NCBI GenBank assembly: GCA_963821525.1
Contig: CAWGED010000009.1
Span: 1 to 39,899, forward strand
Length of the DNA stretch: 39,899 nt
Direction: 5' to 3'
Origin: an uncultured Gemmatimonadales bacterium
GTDB lineage: Bacteria; Gemmatimonadota; Gemmatimonadetes; Gemmatimonadales; GWC2-71-9
Shown here: positions 17,003 to 26,077 of the stretch, in pieces
How the letters are laid out: each line of letters starts with the position of its first letter
Position numbering within the stretch: the first letter of the stretch is position 1
Made by a program: the position numbers and the translations under genes
Notes under the pieces: generated by a model
Database searches by the model: none
Seen by the model: the letters and a program-made list of their open reading frames with translations, nothing else
What the model was told of the DNA's origin: nothing

Positions 17003-17377
17003 CTAGCGAAGGGCGCCGCGGCGTTCGGAGGGTGTGTCGGAGAGAATGAGGTCCAGCAGTGACCTTGCGCCAAGTCCTTCGAAGGTTCGCGGCGCCGCGT
17101 CAGCGCTGTACAACACCGCGCTGCGTCCGTCGGCCGACAGCTCCACGAAGCGGGCCGAGGGTGCCACGGCAAGAACAGTCCTGGCGCTGATCGTATCGGA
17201 ATCGGGTCGGCCGACCGCGACCACGTCGGGGGCGGTGCGTTCGGCGGTCGCCGCGAGGTTGGCGCCGCTTCCTGCTTCAACAATCTCGACGTCAGCGCGC
17301 TGCCGCATCACATACAGCAGTATCTCGCGCAGCATCCGGGGCATCCTGCCCAATAAGACTGTAAACCTGGCCACCAT
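17003..17377 (-). CDS. Hypothetical protein, degenerate receiver-like domain
   Basis: CheY-like beta/alpha pattern (RMLREIL...DVEIV...PDVVAVG) without the phospho-acceptor Asp. Lies downstream of the NarL-type regulator. Confidence 0.6.
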   Translation of the reverse strand: MVARFTVLLGRMPRMLREILLYVMRQRADVEIVEAGSGANLAATAERTAPDVVAVGRPDSDTISARTVLAVAPSARFVELSADGRSAVLYSADAAPRTFEGLGARSLLDLILSDTPSERRGALR

Positions 17378-17467
17378 AGCCGTGCGCCCGGAAGCGGGAA
17401 GGCCTAATCTGCCGAGGAGGAACCCCGACGAGAATGGACGATTTGGTTCAGAAGAGATTCAGAGAGT

Positions 17468-17479
17468 GGACCTAGATCC
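17468..17479. promoter_or_regulatory. Near-palindrome GGACCTAGATCC, candidate operator
   Basis: One mismatch from the palindrome GGATCTAGATCC. A second copy lies at 18287-18298. Confidence 0.4.
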
Positions 17480-17499
17480 GTTGGTCCTGTATCGATCCA

Positions 17500-18180
17500 T
17501 CAGTAATCGGTCGAGGAGAACAACTCCTGCGGGGTCGGCCGGCGGGGATCCTTGCCCCGCAGGCGGGCCGCCGCCTCGAAGCGCCGATGCACCCGGAGTT
17601 TTTCCAGCAGATTGTGCACATGATTCTTGACAGTCGCGACCTCGATGCCGAGGCGCACCGCGATCTCCTTATTCGACAGTCCTTCGTCGATCAGCTGTAC
17701 GATTTCGGATTCCCGGGCGGTGAGCGGACTGCGCGGCGCGTGTCCCGCGGCGGGAAGCTCTCGCGACGACAGCGCCTGCACCAGTTTCGCGGCCAGGGTC
17801 GCAGTGCAGCGAAGCTCTCCCCGCACCGCGCTCTCGATCGTCTCGACCAGATCCTCGAGCGAGGCGTCGCGCGGGACGAATCCTACCGCGCCGACTTCGG
17901 CCCAGTGCAGCATGGCCTCTTCCTGGTCGGGTACTCCGAGCACAACCACCCGGCAGCTGGGAGAGATACGCCGGATGCCCCGCAGGGTCTCGAGGCTCCC
18001 GGGAAGGGCCTGATCCAGAAGGACTACATCAGGATCCCAACGCCTCACTTCGGCCAGAACGGCAGCCGCATGGACCGCAGTTCCGACCACCTCGAAGCCC
18101 GCCTGGGTTCCGAGGAACTGGCGCAGGCCCTCGCTATACAGCCTGACGTCGGAGCCGATGAGTAGGCGCGTCGTGACCAT
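17500..18180 (-). CDS. NarL/LuxR family response regulator (REC + HTH)
   Basis: PDVVLLD receiver and a C-terminal LTARESEIVQLIDEGLSNKEIAVRLGIEVATVKNHVHNLLEKL. Confidence 0.93.
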   Translation of the reverse strand: MVTTRLLIGSDVRLYSEGLRQFLGTQAGFEVVGTAVHAAAVLAEVRRWDPDVVLLDQALPGSLETLRGIRRISPSCRVVVLGVPDQEEAMLHWAEVGAVGFVPRDASLEDLVETIESAVRGELRCTATLAAKLVQALSSRELPAAGHAPRSPLTARESEIVQLIDEGLSNKEIAVRLGIEVATVKNHVHNLLEKLRVHRRFEAAARLRGKDPRRPTPQELFSSTDY

Positions 18181-18286
18181 GCCAGGATGCTGGAAAGCGG
18201 GAAATGGGACAGAAGTACTCTGCTAATACACGCCCAGTCTTGAAAGGTGTCAAGAGTTGACGTCGAAGAATGCACTATTGTCCTTC

Positions 18287-18310
18287 GGATCTAGATCTTC
18301 GGTCTAGTTC
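18287..18310. promoter_or_regulatory. Near-palindrome GGATCTAGATCT plus a partial repeat GGTCTAGTTC, candidate operator in a divergent promoter region
   Basis: Sits in an AT-richer intergenic region between the LuxR regulator and the patatin remnant. Matches 17468-17479. Confidence 0.4.
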
Positions 18311-18410
18311 ATTTTGCCGACAAATCAGCACTTGCGTGTCATCTGCCGGGTCAAATATTGGCCTGACATGAGGAGCCACTGATTTTCGACGGCTCCGGGT
18401 CAGGGGTCTC

Positions 18411-18921
18411 GTGGGTCAATCCGGGTTGTTAGACTGTGATCTGGTCATGAAGGGCGGGATCACGAGCGGGATCGTTTACCCTGCCGCGATCCTCCGCCTC
18501 GAAGGATAAGTACCGTTTCCGCAACATCGGCGGGACTTCGGCCGGCGCCATGGCCGCGGCCTTGACCGCCGCGGCGGAATACGGGCGCCAATCTTTCAAG
18601 CAGAGCGGCCCCTGGCTGGAAGGCGGAAACGAAAGCCAGGGATTCGCCGGGCTCAAGAAGACTCGCGACGAGTTGTGCCAGCCGGGCCTGCTGCTCGGCC
18701 TCTTCCAACCGTCGCGCCCCACCCGCAGCCTCTTCCGCTTCCTCCTCTATCTGAAGACCGGACCGGTTCCACCCCGCTCGGTGCCACTGGGGTGGTTGTA
18801 TCCCTGCACCGGGCGCGCTCTGGAATGCGGAGCCCTGGTCTACGCCGTCGGGGTGATCTCGAGTATCGCCGCGGTCTCGGTGGTCCTGCACCGCTATCTC
18901 AAGCGGCGTGGGATGTCATGA
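18411..18921 (+). pseudogene. Frameshifted, truncated patatin-like phospholipase
   Basis: CDLVMKGGITSGIVYPAAI (Gly-rich loop) is in one frame and stops at 18507-18509. KYRFRNIGGTSAGAMAAA..AAAEYGR (GxSxG) is in the +1 frame, implying an extra base near 18501. There is no catalytic DGG half, and it ends overlapping the GMC gene. Confidence 0.75.
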
Positions 18922-20971
18922 CCCGCTCGCCGAGTGGAAGGCGCAGCGCCGCGTAACGAGCCAACGCCATCGTGGTGTACTGGATGTTCAGTGTGATGGC
19001 TGCCGGAAAGACGCTGGAATCCAGAATCCAGAGGTTATCGACGCCATGGACCTTGAGATTGCTGTCCACCACTCCGCGAGTCGGGTCCCGGTGGATCACG
19101 TTGCCGCCCTGCAGATGGGCGCTTTGGACCTTGACGTAGGTGGCCGGACTGAAACCCCGATAGTAGGCCGCGATCCGTTCCCGGTCGCTCCGGACATCGC
19201 CGCTCAAGGCGACCGAGTGTCCGTCGTACCGGCTGTCGAACAACTCCACCGCTCCGGCCTGCCGCATCGCCTCGGCACATTGCACCAGCCCCCACTCCAG
19301 CCGTGCCCAGTCCGAGGGACCCAGATCGAAGCGGATCTGGGGACTGCTCCAGGGAGTGAGCGGCGCATAGTCGATCGATCCGTACCCATCGCTCGAGAGG
19401 GTGGGGAACGACACGCCGTAATGGTTGTACTGGAGCGCCTTCTCCCGGAACCCGCTGCCCCACTGCGACAACATCATGCCCAGTACCGTGGGCGGGGCGA
19501 ATGCGGTCTCGATGATCATCCGCTGGGGCGGGATCTCGATGATGTAACCGATCTGGATTCCACGTCCCGCGTTCATCGGCTCGGTGAAGCGCCCGATGAC
19601 CGGGCTGGCGTAGTTGCAGCTGAAGCGCTGGCCCACCAGACGCCGGCGGCCATCGGCCGAGGTGAAGCCGCTCTTGAGGAGCAGCGCGCTGGACGCGAAC
19701 GCGCCGGCGGTGAGCAGGACCTTGTCAGGGCGCAGAGTGCGCTTGTGCCCGTCGCTTCCTTGCACCTCGACTCCGGCGATCCGGCGTGCGCCACCTTGTC
19801 CCTCCCAGAGCAAGCGGGTTGCGGTGGCCTTGGGGATCAGCATCACCCGATCGCTCTGCCGAAGTGCTTCCGGGAGCAGCGTGATGAACGGCGCGCGATG
19901 CGCGTCGTAGGGGCATCCCTGATTGCACTGCCCGCAGGAGATGCAGTCCTCCAGGTTGGCCTGCAGGAGTCCCGCGTAGGTGCTGCCGGGAACTTCACCG
20001 AATCCGCTGAACGCTCGCTTCGTTCCGGTGGTCAGAATTCGCTGATCAATAACACTGATGTGCAGCGGATCCCTCAGGTCATCGAACGCGCGGTCCAACC
20101 CGCTCCAATCGAGGTCGGCACCTTCCGAGCCCCAGCGCCAGTGCATGATGTCGGCCCAGGGCCCCTTGGGTTGCGGGCTCCCCGCGTTGTTCACCGTAGT
20201 GCCGCCGCCCACGCAGTGGCCCTGAATGAAGCCGATGCGCTGCGACTTCCCCGGCGTCGATCCCGAATTGACGTAGAGCTGGCTGAACCCATCGAGCGTG
20301 GTACGAGGGAAAGCCTCGTTGGTGTGAAGCGCCCCGGACTCGAGCAGGATGATTCGCGCCGCCCGACCTTCCGGCCGCGACACGAGAGCGTGGGCCGCCG
20401 CGATACCGGCGCCACCGGCCCCGATGATGAGAATTGTCTCCTCGCCGGGGAACCGCTCCGGCAGGCTGGCCAGGGACCCGGCACGCTCTTTCACCAGCTT
20501 CCCCGGCCCGGAGGGTTCGGTCGGTTCGACTTCCGGTCCCGACGGGGGCACCAGCGTTACGCCGTCAAAGACCGGAAAGGCACCCGGCCGGGCGCGATAG
20601 CCGATGCGCTCCCAGAACTCGGGCAGCTCGCAGAAGCTGCCGCTCACCATCGATTTGACCGTTGCCAGGACTCCCTGCGCATCCACCATCCAGCCCGGCG
20701 CCCTCCCGATGTTTTCCAGGAAGAGCCGGTCGAGATAGGTGCGTCGCCAGGCAAGCGGCCGTCCCGCGAACCTCAGCTTGGTCAAGAGTCCGCCCGGCAT
20801 TACCAGCAGCGCCAGGTGGAAGGTGAATCGCAGGCCGAAGGAAGAGTGATCGAGGAACTTGTCGAGCCGGTCAACGGCCTTGGCCGCCTGACCCAGCTCG
20901 TGATGCTCGAGGCCGAGTACCGCTTCGGCGAATGCGGTGAGGAAACGGCGTTCGATGGAAAGCATCGCCAT
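18899..20971 (-). CDS. GMC family oxidoreductase (FAD), long-chain alcohol oxidase/dehydrogenase-like
   Basis: Motifs IIGAGGAG, GHCVGGGTTVN, CISCGQCNQGCP, SAHLQGG and GVVDSNLKVHGVDNLWILDSSVFP. GGAGG RBS precedes the ATG at 20971. Confidence 0.88.
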   Translation of the reverse strand: MAMLSIERRFLTAFAEAVLGLEHHELGQAAKAVDRLDKFLDHSSFGLRFTFHLALLVMPGGLLTKLRFAGRPLAWRRTYLDRLFLENIGRAPGWMVDAQGVLATVKSMVSGSFCELPEFWERIGYRARPGAFPVFDGVTLVPPSGPEVEPTEPSGPGKLVKERAGSLASLPERFPGEETILIIGAGGAGIAAAHALVSRPEGRAARIILLESGALHTNEAFPRTTLDGFSQLYVNSGSTPGKSQRIGFIQGHCVGGGTTVNNAGSPQPKGPWADIMHWRWGSEGADLDWSGLDRAFDDLRDPLHISVIDQRILTTGTKRAFSGFGEVPGSTYAGLLQANLEDCISCGQCNQGCPYDAHRAPFITLLPEALRQSDRVMLIPKATATRLLWEGQGGARRIAGVEVQGSDGHKRTLRPDKVLLTAGAFASSALLLKSGFTSADGRRRLVGQRFSCNYASPVIGRFTEPMNAGRGIQIGYIIEIPPQRMIIETAFAPPTVLGMMLSQWGSGFREKALQYNHYGVSFPTLSSDGYGSIDYAPLTPWSSPQIRFDLGPSDWARLEWGLVQCAEAMRQAGAVELFDSRYDGHSVALSGDVRSDRERIAAYYRGFSPATYVKVQSAHLQGGNVIHRDPTRGVVDSNLKVHGVDNLWILDSSVFPAAITLNIQYTTMALARYAALRLPLGERVMTSHAA

Positions 20972-21051
20972 GGGGACCTCCGGGCACAGGATGGCGCACT
21001 CCATAGTGCGAATCCGTCCCCGGTCCCGCCAGTTGCATCATGGGGCACATC

Positions 21052-23925
21052 ATGACAGCCAGTCCCGCTTCCCGAGCCGTGACCCGTCTCGAAACGGTGC
21101 TCCGGATACTGGCCGGGGTCTTCGTTCTGGGCGCGCTGCTCTACCAGCTCGGACCCATCTGGTCTCGCACTGCCGGGTTCTTCCAGACCCTTCCCTTCGT
21201 TTCCAATTCAATAGTGAAAGTGAGCCTGCTGCTGGGCATTTGCCTCTATGCAGCGGGCGACCTGATCCGGCGGAAGGGGCTGGTGCTGATTCTGATCATC
21301 GCGCACGCGGTCTCCGTCGTGGCGATGCTGATCATCCTGTTCGTGGGAGACACGAGCCGGATCGTGGACCCGGGAATCGGGGGGCCGCAGCCGGTGAGCC
21401 GGGTGCTCTGGGGCGCCATCGCCCTCGATGGCGTGATCATGATCGTCCTCCTGCTGCTTTATCTCCCCGCCAATCGTGCCTTGTCGAGCGTTGCCTGGCC
21501 AACCGAGCCCTCCAGCTGGCTCACTCCGGCCGAGCAGTGGCTCCGCCGCCTCCTCATTCTCCTCACGGTGGTCTTCATCATCGGGGCGATCGGCTATGAG
21601 GCAGCACCGCTCCTCGGATTGGCACCCGACCTGGTTCGCGAGCTGCCGTTCGTCACCAACTCGGTCGTAAAAGTCTCCACGCTGGCGATGCTGTGCGGTT
21701 ACGTGGCGCAGGCCATGAGGCCGCGCATGGCGCTGGTAGGGCCGATTATCGCGGTGCACTTCGTCTCCGTCGTGGCACAGGCGATCTACCTGCTGCTGAT
21801 CCCCTCCTCGGACCTGGCCGTGGTCTACACCGTCGCCGGCCGCGCGATGCCGATGCAGCAGATCCTGATCGGTGCCATGGTGCTCGACGGCGTCATCGGG
21901 GTCCTGCTCTTCGCTCTCTACTACGCCGCCTGGACATCGCGGCTCCAGAGCGAATTCTTCCGCCCGCTCGAATTCCGCACCCTCACGGCACTCACCGAGG
22001 TGATGATCGCAGGGCACAACGAGGCGATCCCGCCTGAAGTAGCCGCCCGCAATGCGGACCAGGCGCTGGCCCGGGTTCGCACCGAACGAAAGGGCAGCTT
22101 CCGCATCGCGCTGGCAGTAATTCACTACTGGCCCCTCTTCTCGCTCCACCCGCCCCTGCCGGAGCTGCGGCCCGCGCTCCGGTCCCGTTTCATCCGCGAG
22201 CGCTTCACCCGCGACGCCGGGCGGCGCCAGAAATGGCGGCTGGTCCGCACCATGGTCCAGATCTTCCTCCGGGTCGGGCACCAGCTCTCGGTGCTCGGCT
22301 TCTACAACGACCCGAAGGTCCAATCGGCGATTCAATTCAAGCCGTTCACGGTGCGGGCGCGGGAAGCAGGACTTCCATTGCCGCCTCCCCAGCACCGGCC
22401 GCTCGCGGTCGAACGACCCTGGGACCGCAACGAGGAGATCCGCGAAACGGAGGTCTGCGTCATCGGCTCGGGGGCCGGCGGAGCCATCGCGGCCTATACC
22501 ATGGCGGAACGGGGTCACGAGGTGCTGCTCGTGGAGCGGGGCGAGCATGTGCACCCGTCGCTCTTTGTCGAGGACGAGCTGCGGCAGATCGGCCAGCTCT
22601 ACCAGCGGGGAATGCTGCAGATCTCGGAGGATTTCCGCTTCAACGTGCTGCAGGGGAATTGCGTCGGCGGTTCGACCACGATCAACAACGCGATCTGTTT
22701 CGCTCCTCCCGCCGACAAGATCGAGCGCTGGAACCGCAATGGCGCGGGACTCGACCAGGCCCAGCTCGAGCAGGCCACCGAATGGGTTCGCCGGTTCATG
22801 GAGGTGCGCTCGCTGGGCGACATCCGCCCCGGCGGGCATCATCCGGCCGCGAAAGTGATCGAGTCGGCGCTCGCTCGGATCGGGAACCAGGTCCGGCTCG
22901 CGATGCCGGAGCCCTTCGACGCGAACATCAGAGTCGGGCCCGACGGGTGCTACGGTTGCGGCAATTGCAACATCGGTTGCGCGTGGGACAAGAAGCTTTC
23001 CATGCTCGACCACACACTCCCGCTGGCCCAGGCGCATTTCCCCGGCCGCGTCACCATCCTCGCCGAGTGCGACGCGGAACGCTTCCGCAGCATGAGCGGG
23101 AAGCGGATGCACGCCTGGGAATTGCTGGCCCGCGGAACCGACGGCCGCCAGATCCGGATTCACGCGGACCGGTTCATCATCTCCGCCGGCACCATCGCCT
23201 CGAGCGCGCTTTTGCTCCGGAGCGGCATCTCGCTCGGCCGCCCGGTCGGCAAGGATCTCTCCTTCAACATGCTCACCCCGGTCTTCGCCGAGTTTCCGGA
23301 GCCTCCGCAGAACTCCTATGCCGGAATCCAGATGGGGCACTACGTCAGGCACGCCGACGACGCCTTCATCATCGAGACCTGGTTCAGTCCGCCGGTAGGG
23401 CTCGCGACCGCGATGGCGGGTTGGTTCGACGAGCACTACCGCAACATGCAGCGCTCCGGCTTGCTCGTGGCCTATGGCCTCGTGGTCGGCACCAGTGCCA
23501 AGGGACGCGCGTTCCTGTCTCCTCTGAACGGCGATGCGGCGTTTCGCTTCACGCCGCCTCCATCGGACATGGACCGGCTGGGTCGCGGGCTGGAGGCGCT
23601 TGCCACCGTCCTGTTCGAGGCGGGTGCGCGACGGGTCCTGCTCAACACCTGGGACCACGGCAACATCGCGAGTCCGGCGGACATCGCGCGGATTCGCACT
23701 CTGACCAAAGACCCGGAGTTCATCACCCTCGCGAGCTCGCATCCCCAGGGGGGCAACGCGATCAATCGCGATCCGCATCACGGAGTCGTGGATGAATCAT
23801 TCAGGGTTCACGGCTATGACAACCTGTACGTCTGCGACGCCAGCGTCTTCCCCGGCAGCGTGCAGGTCAACCCGCAGATGACGGTGATGTCTCTCGCCCG
23901 CTACGCGGCGGCCCGGATCGAATAA
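21052..23925 (+). CDS. GMC family oxidoreductase fused to an N-terminal ~8-TM membrane domain
   Basis: About 290 hydrophobic N-terminal residues, then VIGSGAGG, GNCVGGSTTIN, CYGCGNCNIGC, SHPQGG and VVDESFRVHGYDNLYVCDASVFP..VQVNPQ. Start is 21040 or 21052. Confidence 0.88.
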   Translation: MTASPASRAVTRLETVLRILAGVFVLGALLYQLGPIWSRTAGFFQTLPFVSNSIVKVSLLLGICLYAAGDLIRRKGLVLILIIAHAVSVVAMLIILFVGDTSRIVDPGIGGPQPVSRVLWGAIALDGVIMIVLLLLYLPANRALSSVAWPTEPSSWLTPAEQWLRRLLILLTVVFIIGAIGYEAAPLLGLAPDLVRELPFVTNSVVKVSTLAMLCGYVAQAMRPRMALVGPIIAVHFVSVVAQAIYLLLIPSSDLAVVYTVAGRAMPMQQILIGAMVLDGVIGVLLFALYYAAWTSRLQSEFFRPLEFRTLTALTEVMIAGHNEAIPPEVAARNADQALARVRTERKGSFRIALAVIHYWPLFSLHPPLPELRPALRSRFIRERFTRDAGRRQKWRLVRTMVQIFLRVGHQLSVLGFYNDPKVQSAIQFKPFTVRAREAGLPLPPPQHRPLAVERPWDRNEEIRETEVCVIGSGAGGAIAAYTMAERGHEVLLVERGEHVHPSLFVEDELRQIGQLYQRGMLQISEDFRFNVLQGNCVGGSTTINNAICFAPPADKIERWNRNGAGLDQAQLEQATEWVRRFMEVRSLGDIRPGGHHPAAKVIESALARIGNQVRLAMPEPFDANIRVGPDGCYGCGNCNIGCAWDKKLSMLDHTLPLAQAHFPGRVTILAECDAERFRSMSGKRMHAWELLARGTDGRQIRIHADRFIISAGTIASSALLLRSGISLGRPVGKDLSFNMLTPVFAEFPEPPQNSYAGIQMGHYVRHADDAFIIETWFSPPVGLATAMAGWFDEHYRNMQRSGLLVAYGLVVGTSAKGRAFLSPLNGDAAFRFTPPPSDMDRLGRGLEALATVLFEAGARRVLLNTWDHGNIASPADIARIRTLTKDPEFITLASSHPQGGNAINRDPHHGVVDESFRVHGYDNLYVCDASVFPGSVQVNPQMTVMSLARYAAARIE

Positions 23926-23969
23926 CCCGCTGCCGCGTTGGCAGCGTTTTCCATCGGAGGAAGCGACCC

Positions 23970-25343
23970 ATGCTGGTCGTCATCAGCGATATCCATCTCA
24001 CGGACCTTTCCACCGCCCACAACGTCCACGCCACGGCGTTCGACCTGATGTGCAAGGAGATCGCGACGGCGGCGCAGGCCAAGGACGCGGTCGAGCTTCA
24101 TGTGGTGCTGCTGGGAGACATCTTCGATCTCGTTCGCACCGATTTCTGGCATCGGACCACGACACCGGACCAGCGTCCCTGGGGTGGCGATCTCGATCCC
24201 GAGACCGGCATGAACCGCAACACCGCGCTCATTCAGGCCCAATTCGCCACGGTGCTGGCCGGCGTGCTCGCCACTCCCGAGGCGAAGGCGCTGATCGCGG
24301 TGCTGAACGGACTCTCGGCCGTCACCAAGCTGCCGGCCAAACTCACCTACGTCGTCGGAAACCACGACCGGGTTTTCAACAACTTCCCCGCCCTGCAACA
24401 ACAGGTGCGCGCCGTTCTGCCGGGTATCGAGTTCGCCAACCTGTTCAAGGCGGATGAGTACGGCGTACTCGCCCGGCACGGCCACGAGTGGGACGAGAAC
24501 TGCCATGGTTTCACCTTCTACAACAAGGTGCTCCGACCGGACGGCGCGCCCCAACTCGGCCGCTTCGACGCCCGTAGCTACCAGATCATGGCGATCGGAG
24601 AGGTGGTGACCGCGGAGCTGATGTCGGGCCTGGTGCACTTCGCCCGCGCGGCGCAGCCGGGCAACGTCCCCGATTTCCCCCAGTTCATCGAGGCGTTCAA
24701 GGACATCAACAACATCCGGCCCACTCTCGACGTGTTCCCCTGGCTCGAGTGGTTCGCCCGCGATCAGCTCCCCGGCTACAAGCAGGCACTGCACCAGGCG
24801 ATGAAGCACTCGCTCGATGGGGTGCTGCAGTCCTCGCTCGCCAAAAAGTGGGACCGTCTGGTGACCGACCTTCTTCTCCAGGGCGATCTCACCGACCGGC
24901 TGGCCCTGCTCAAGAATCACGTGCTGGGTAATTCCTTCGATGAATTTCGCGGGCGAGTCAACTCGCTGAGCAAGCTGCAGGGATTGGTGGATAAGGTCAC
25001 CCCGGACAAGGATGACTGCGCCGAGGGCGCAGAGGAGGAGGAAATCTGGAGATTCTGGACGGCGAACCCGCCCGGCCCGACTCAGTACGTGCTGTACGGT
25101 CACACCCACAAAGCCCGCCATATCGCTTTCGGCGCCGCACTCGATGGAAGGGTGCGGATGTACATCAACACCGGCACCCTCCTGCGGCTCATCCAGCGTA
25201 CTGCCTCGCGCGATGGTTTCTCGACAGCCTCCCAGATGACGATGGCCTTCTTCTACAAGACCGAGGAGGACAAGACCGCGCGGGCCGATCGTGGCCCCAC
25301 CCTGGACCTCTGGAACGGGATCCGGCGCAAGACCTACGTCTGA
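23970..25343 (+). CDS. Calcineurin-like metallophosphoesterase family protein
   Basis: Motifs SDIH, GDIFD, GNHD, HGH, GHTH and YINTG. Confidence 0.85.
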   Translation: MLVVISDIHLTDLSTAHNVHATAFDLMCKEIATAAQAKDAVELHVVLLGDIFDLVRTDFWHRTTTPDQRPWGGDLDPETGMNRNTALIQAQFATVLAGVLATPEAKALIAVLNGLSAVTKLPAKLTYVVGNHDRVFNNFPALQQQVRAVLPGIEFANLFKADEYGVLARHGHEWDENCHGFTFYNKVLRPDGAPQLGRFDARSYQIMAIGEVVTAELMSGLVHFARAAQPGNVPDFPQFIEAFKDINNIRPTLDVFPWLEWFARDQLPGYKQALHQAMKHSLDGVLQSSLAKKWDRLVTDLLLQGDLTDRLALLKNHVLGNSFDEFRGRVNSLSKLQGLVDKVTPDKDDCAEGAEEEEIWRFWTANPPGPTQYVLYGHTHKARHIAFGAALDGRVRMYINTGTLLRLIQRTASRDGFSTASQMTMAFFYKTEEDKTARADRGPTLDLWNGIRRKTYV

Positions 25344-25367
25344 CCGCCCAAGCGAGAGGAAGCCGAC

Positions 25368-25871
25368 ATGACGCCTCCATTCACACCCGGTCGCATCGCC
25401 CTGATCCTGCTCTTCTACGCCGCGCTGTATGTCGTGATCAGCATCAGCGACCGAACGCTGACCAAGGACGAGCGCAAGACCTTCCTCCTGCTCTGCGGTG
25501 CGGGATTCAGCATCGCGTTCGTCACGAATTTCCTGCTGTTCAAGATCGGCGCGATGACCTTCCTGCCGTGGATCAACAACTTCCTCCACAGCTTCTTCTG
25601 GATTGGCCTGGGGTTCCCCTGGCTCTACTTCGCGACCCGGGGCCGTTCTCCTCTCGTGGTGTTCATCACGTTCACCACGCTGAGCCTGGTCGTGAAATAC
25701 ATCGAGCAACTCCTGTTCGGGACCTGGGACGGTCCCAATTTCCTCCACATCATCCCCGGAAACCTCGGCTACATCCTCGGCTGGTCGCTGGTGGACGGCT
25801 GTCTCCCCTTCGTCATGTCCATCGGACTGAAGCTGCTCAGCCGGTTTGTTCCCGGACTCGTGGTTGAATAG
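25368..25871 (+). CDS. Hypothetical integral membrane protein (~5 TM)
   Basis: GAGGA RBS, strongly hydrophobic 167 aa, codon usage like its neighbours. Confidence 0.75.
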   Translation: MTPPFTPGRIALILLFYAALYVVISISDRTLTKDERKTFLLLCGAGFSIAFVTNFLLFKIGAMTFLPWINNFLHSFFWIGLGFPWLYFATRGRSPLVVFITFTTLSLVVKYIEQLLFGTWDGPNFLHIIPGNLGYILGWSLVDGCLPFVMSIGLKLLSRFVPGLVVE

Positions 25872-25894
25872 CGGTTCAGCAGAGCGGAGGTCGC

Positions 25895-26032
25895 ATGTCG
25901 AGTCTGTTGCAAGTCCTGCTCTCGTTGGTGGGCACCGCGCTGGTGCTGGCACTCGCGGCGCAGAGCCAACGCGAGGGGAAGTCTTCTCGCGCAGCTGGGA
26001 CTCAGCCTCAAACTGTCGAAGAAACGCTATGA
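25895..26032 (+). CDS. Small 45-aa protein with a hydrophobic, signal-like N-terminus (not in the ORF track)
   Basis: GGAGG RBS 4 nt before the ATG. Translates as MSSLLQVLLSLVGTALVLALAAQSQREGKSSRAAGTQPQTVEETL* and fills the gap between co-oriented genes. Confidence 0.5.
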   Translation: MSSLLQVLLSLVGTALVLALAAQSQREGKSSRAAGTQPQTVEETL

Positions 26033-26077
26033 GTTCGAACCAACTGTCCCTGACCCGGTTCTGCTGAGGTAAGCAGA

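Noticed and set aside
18908..25952. Very long antisense ORFs (18908-21055 +, 21208-23781 -, 23901-25952 -) and similar ones opposite glnA, the HEAT gene and the 1208-aa gene
   Set aside because: These are shadow ORFs expected in high-GC DNA opposite genes with clear motifs; they carry no recognisable domains.
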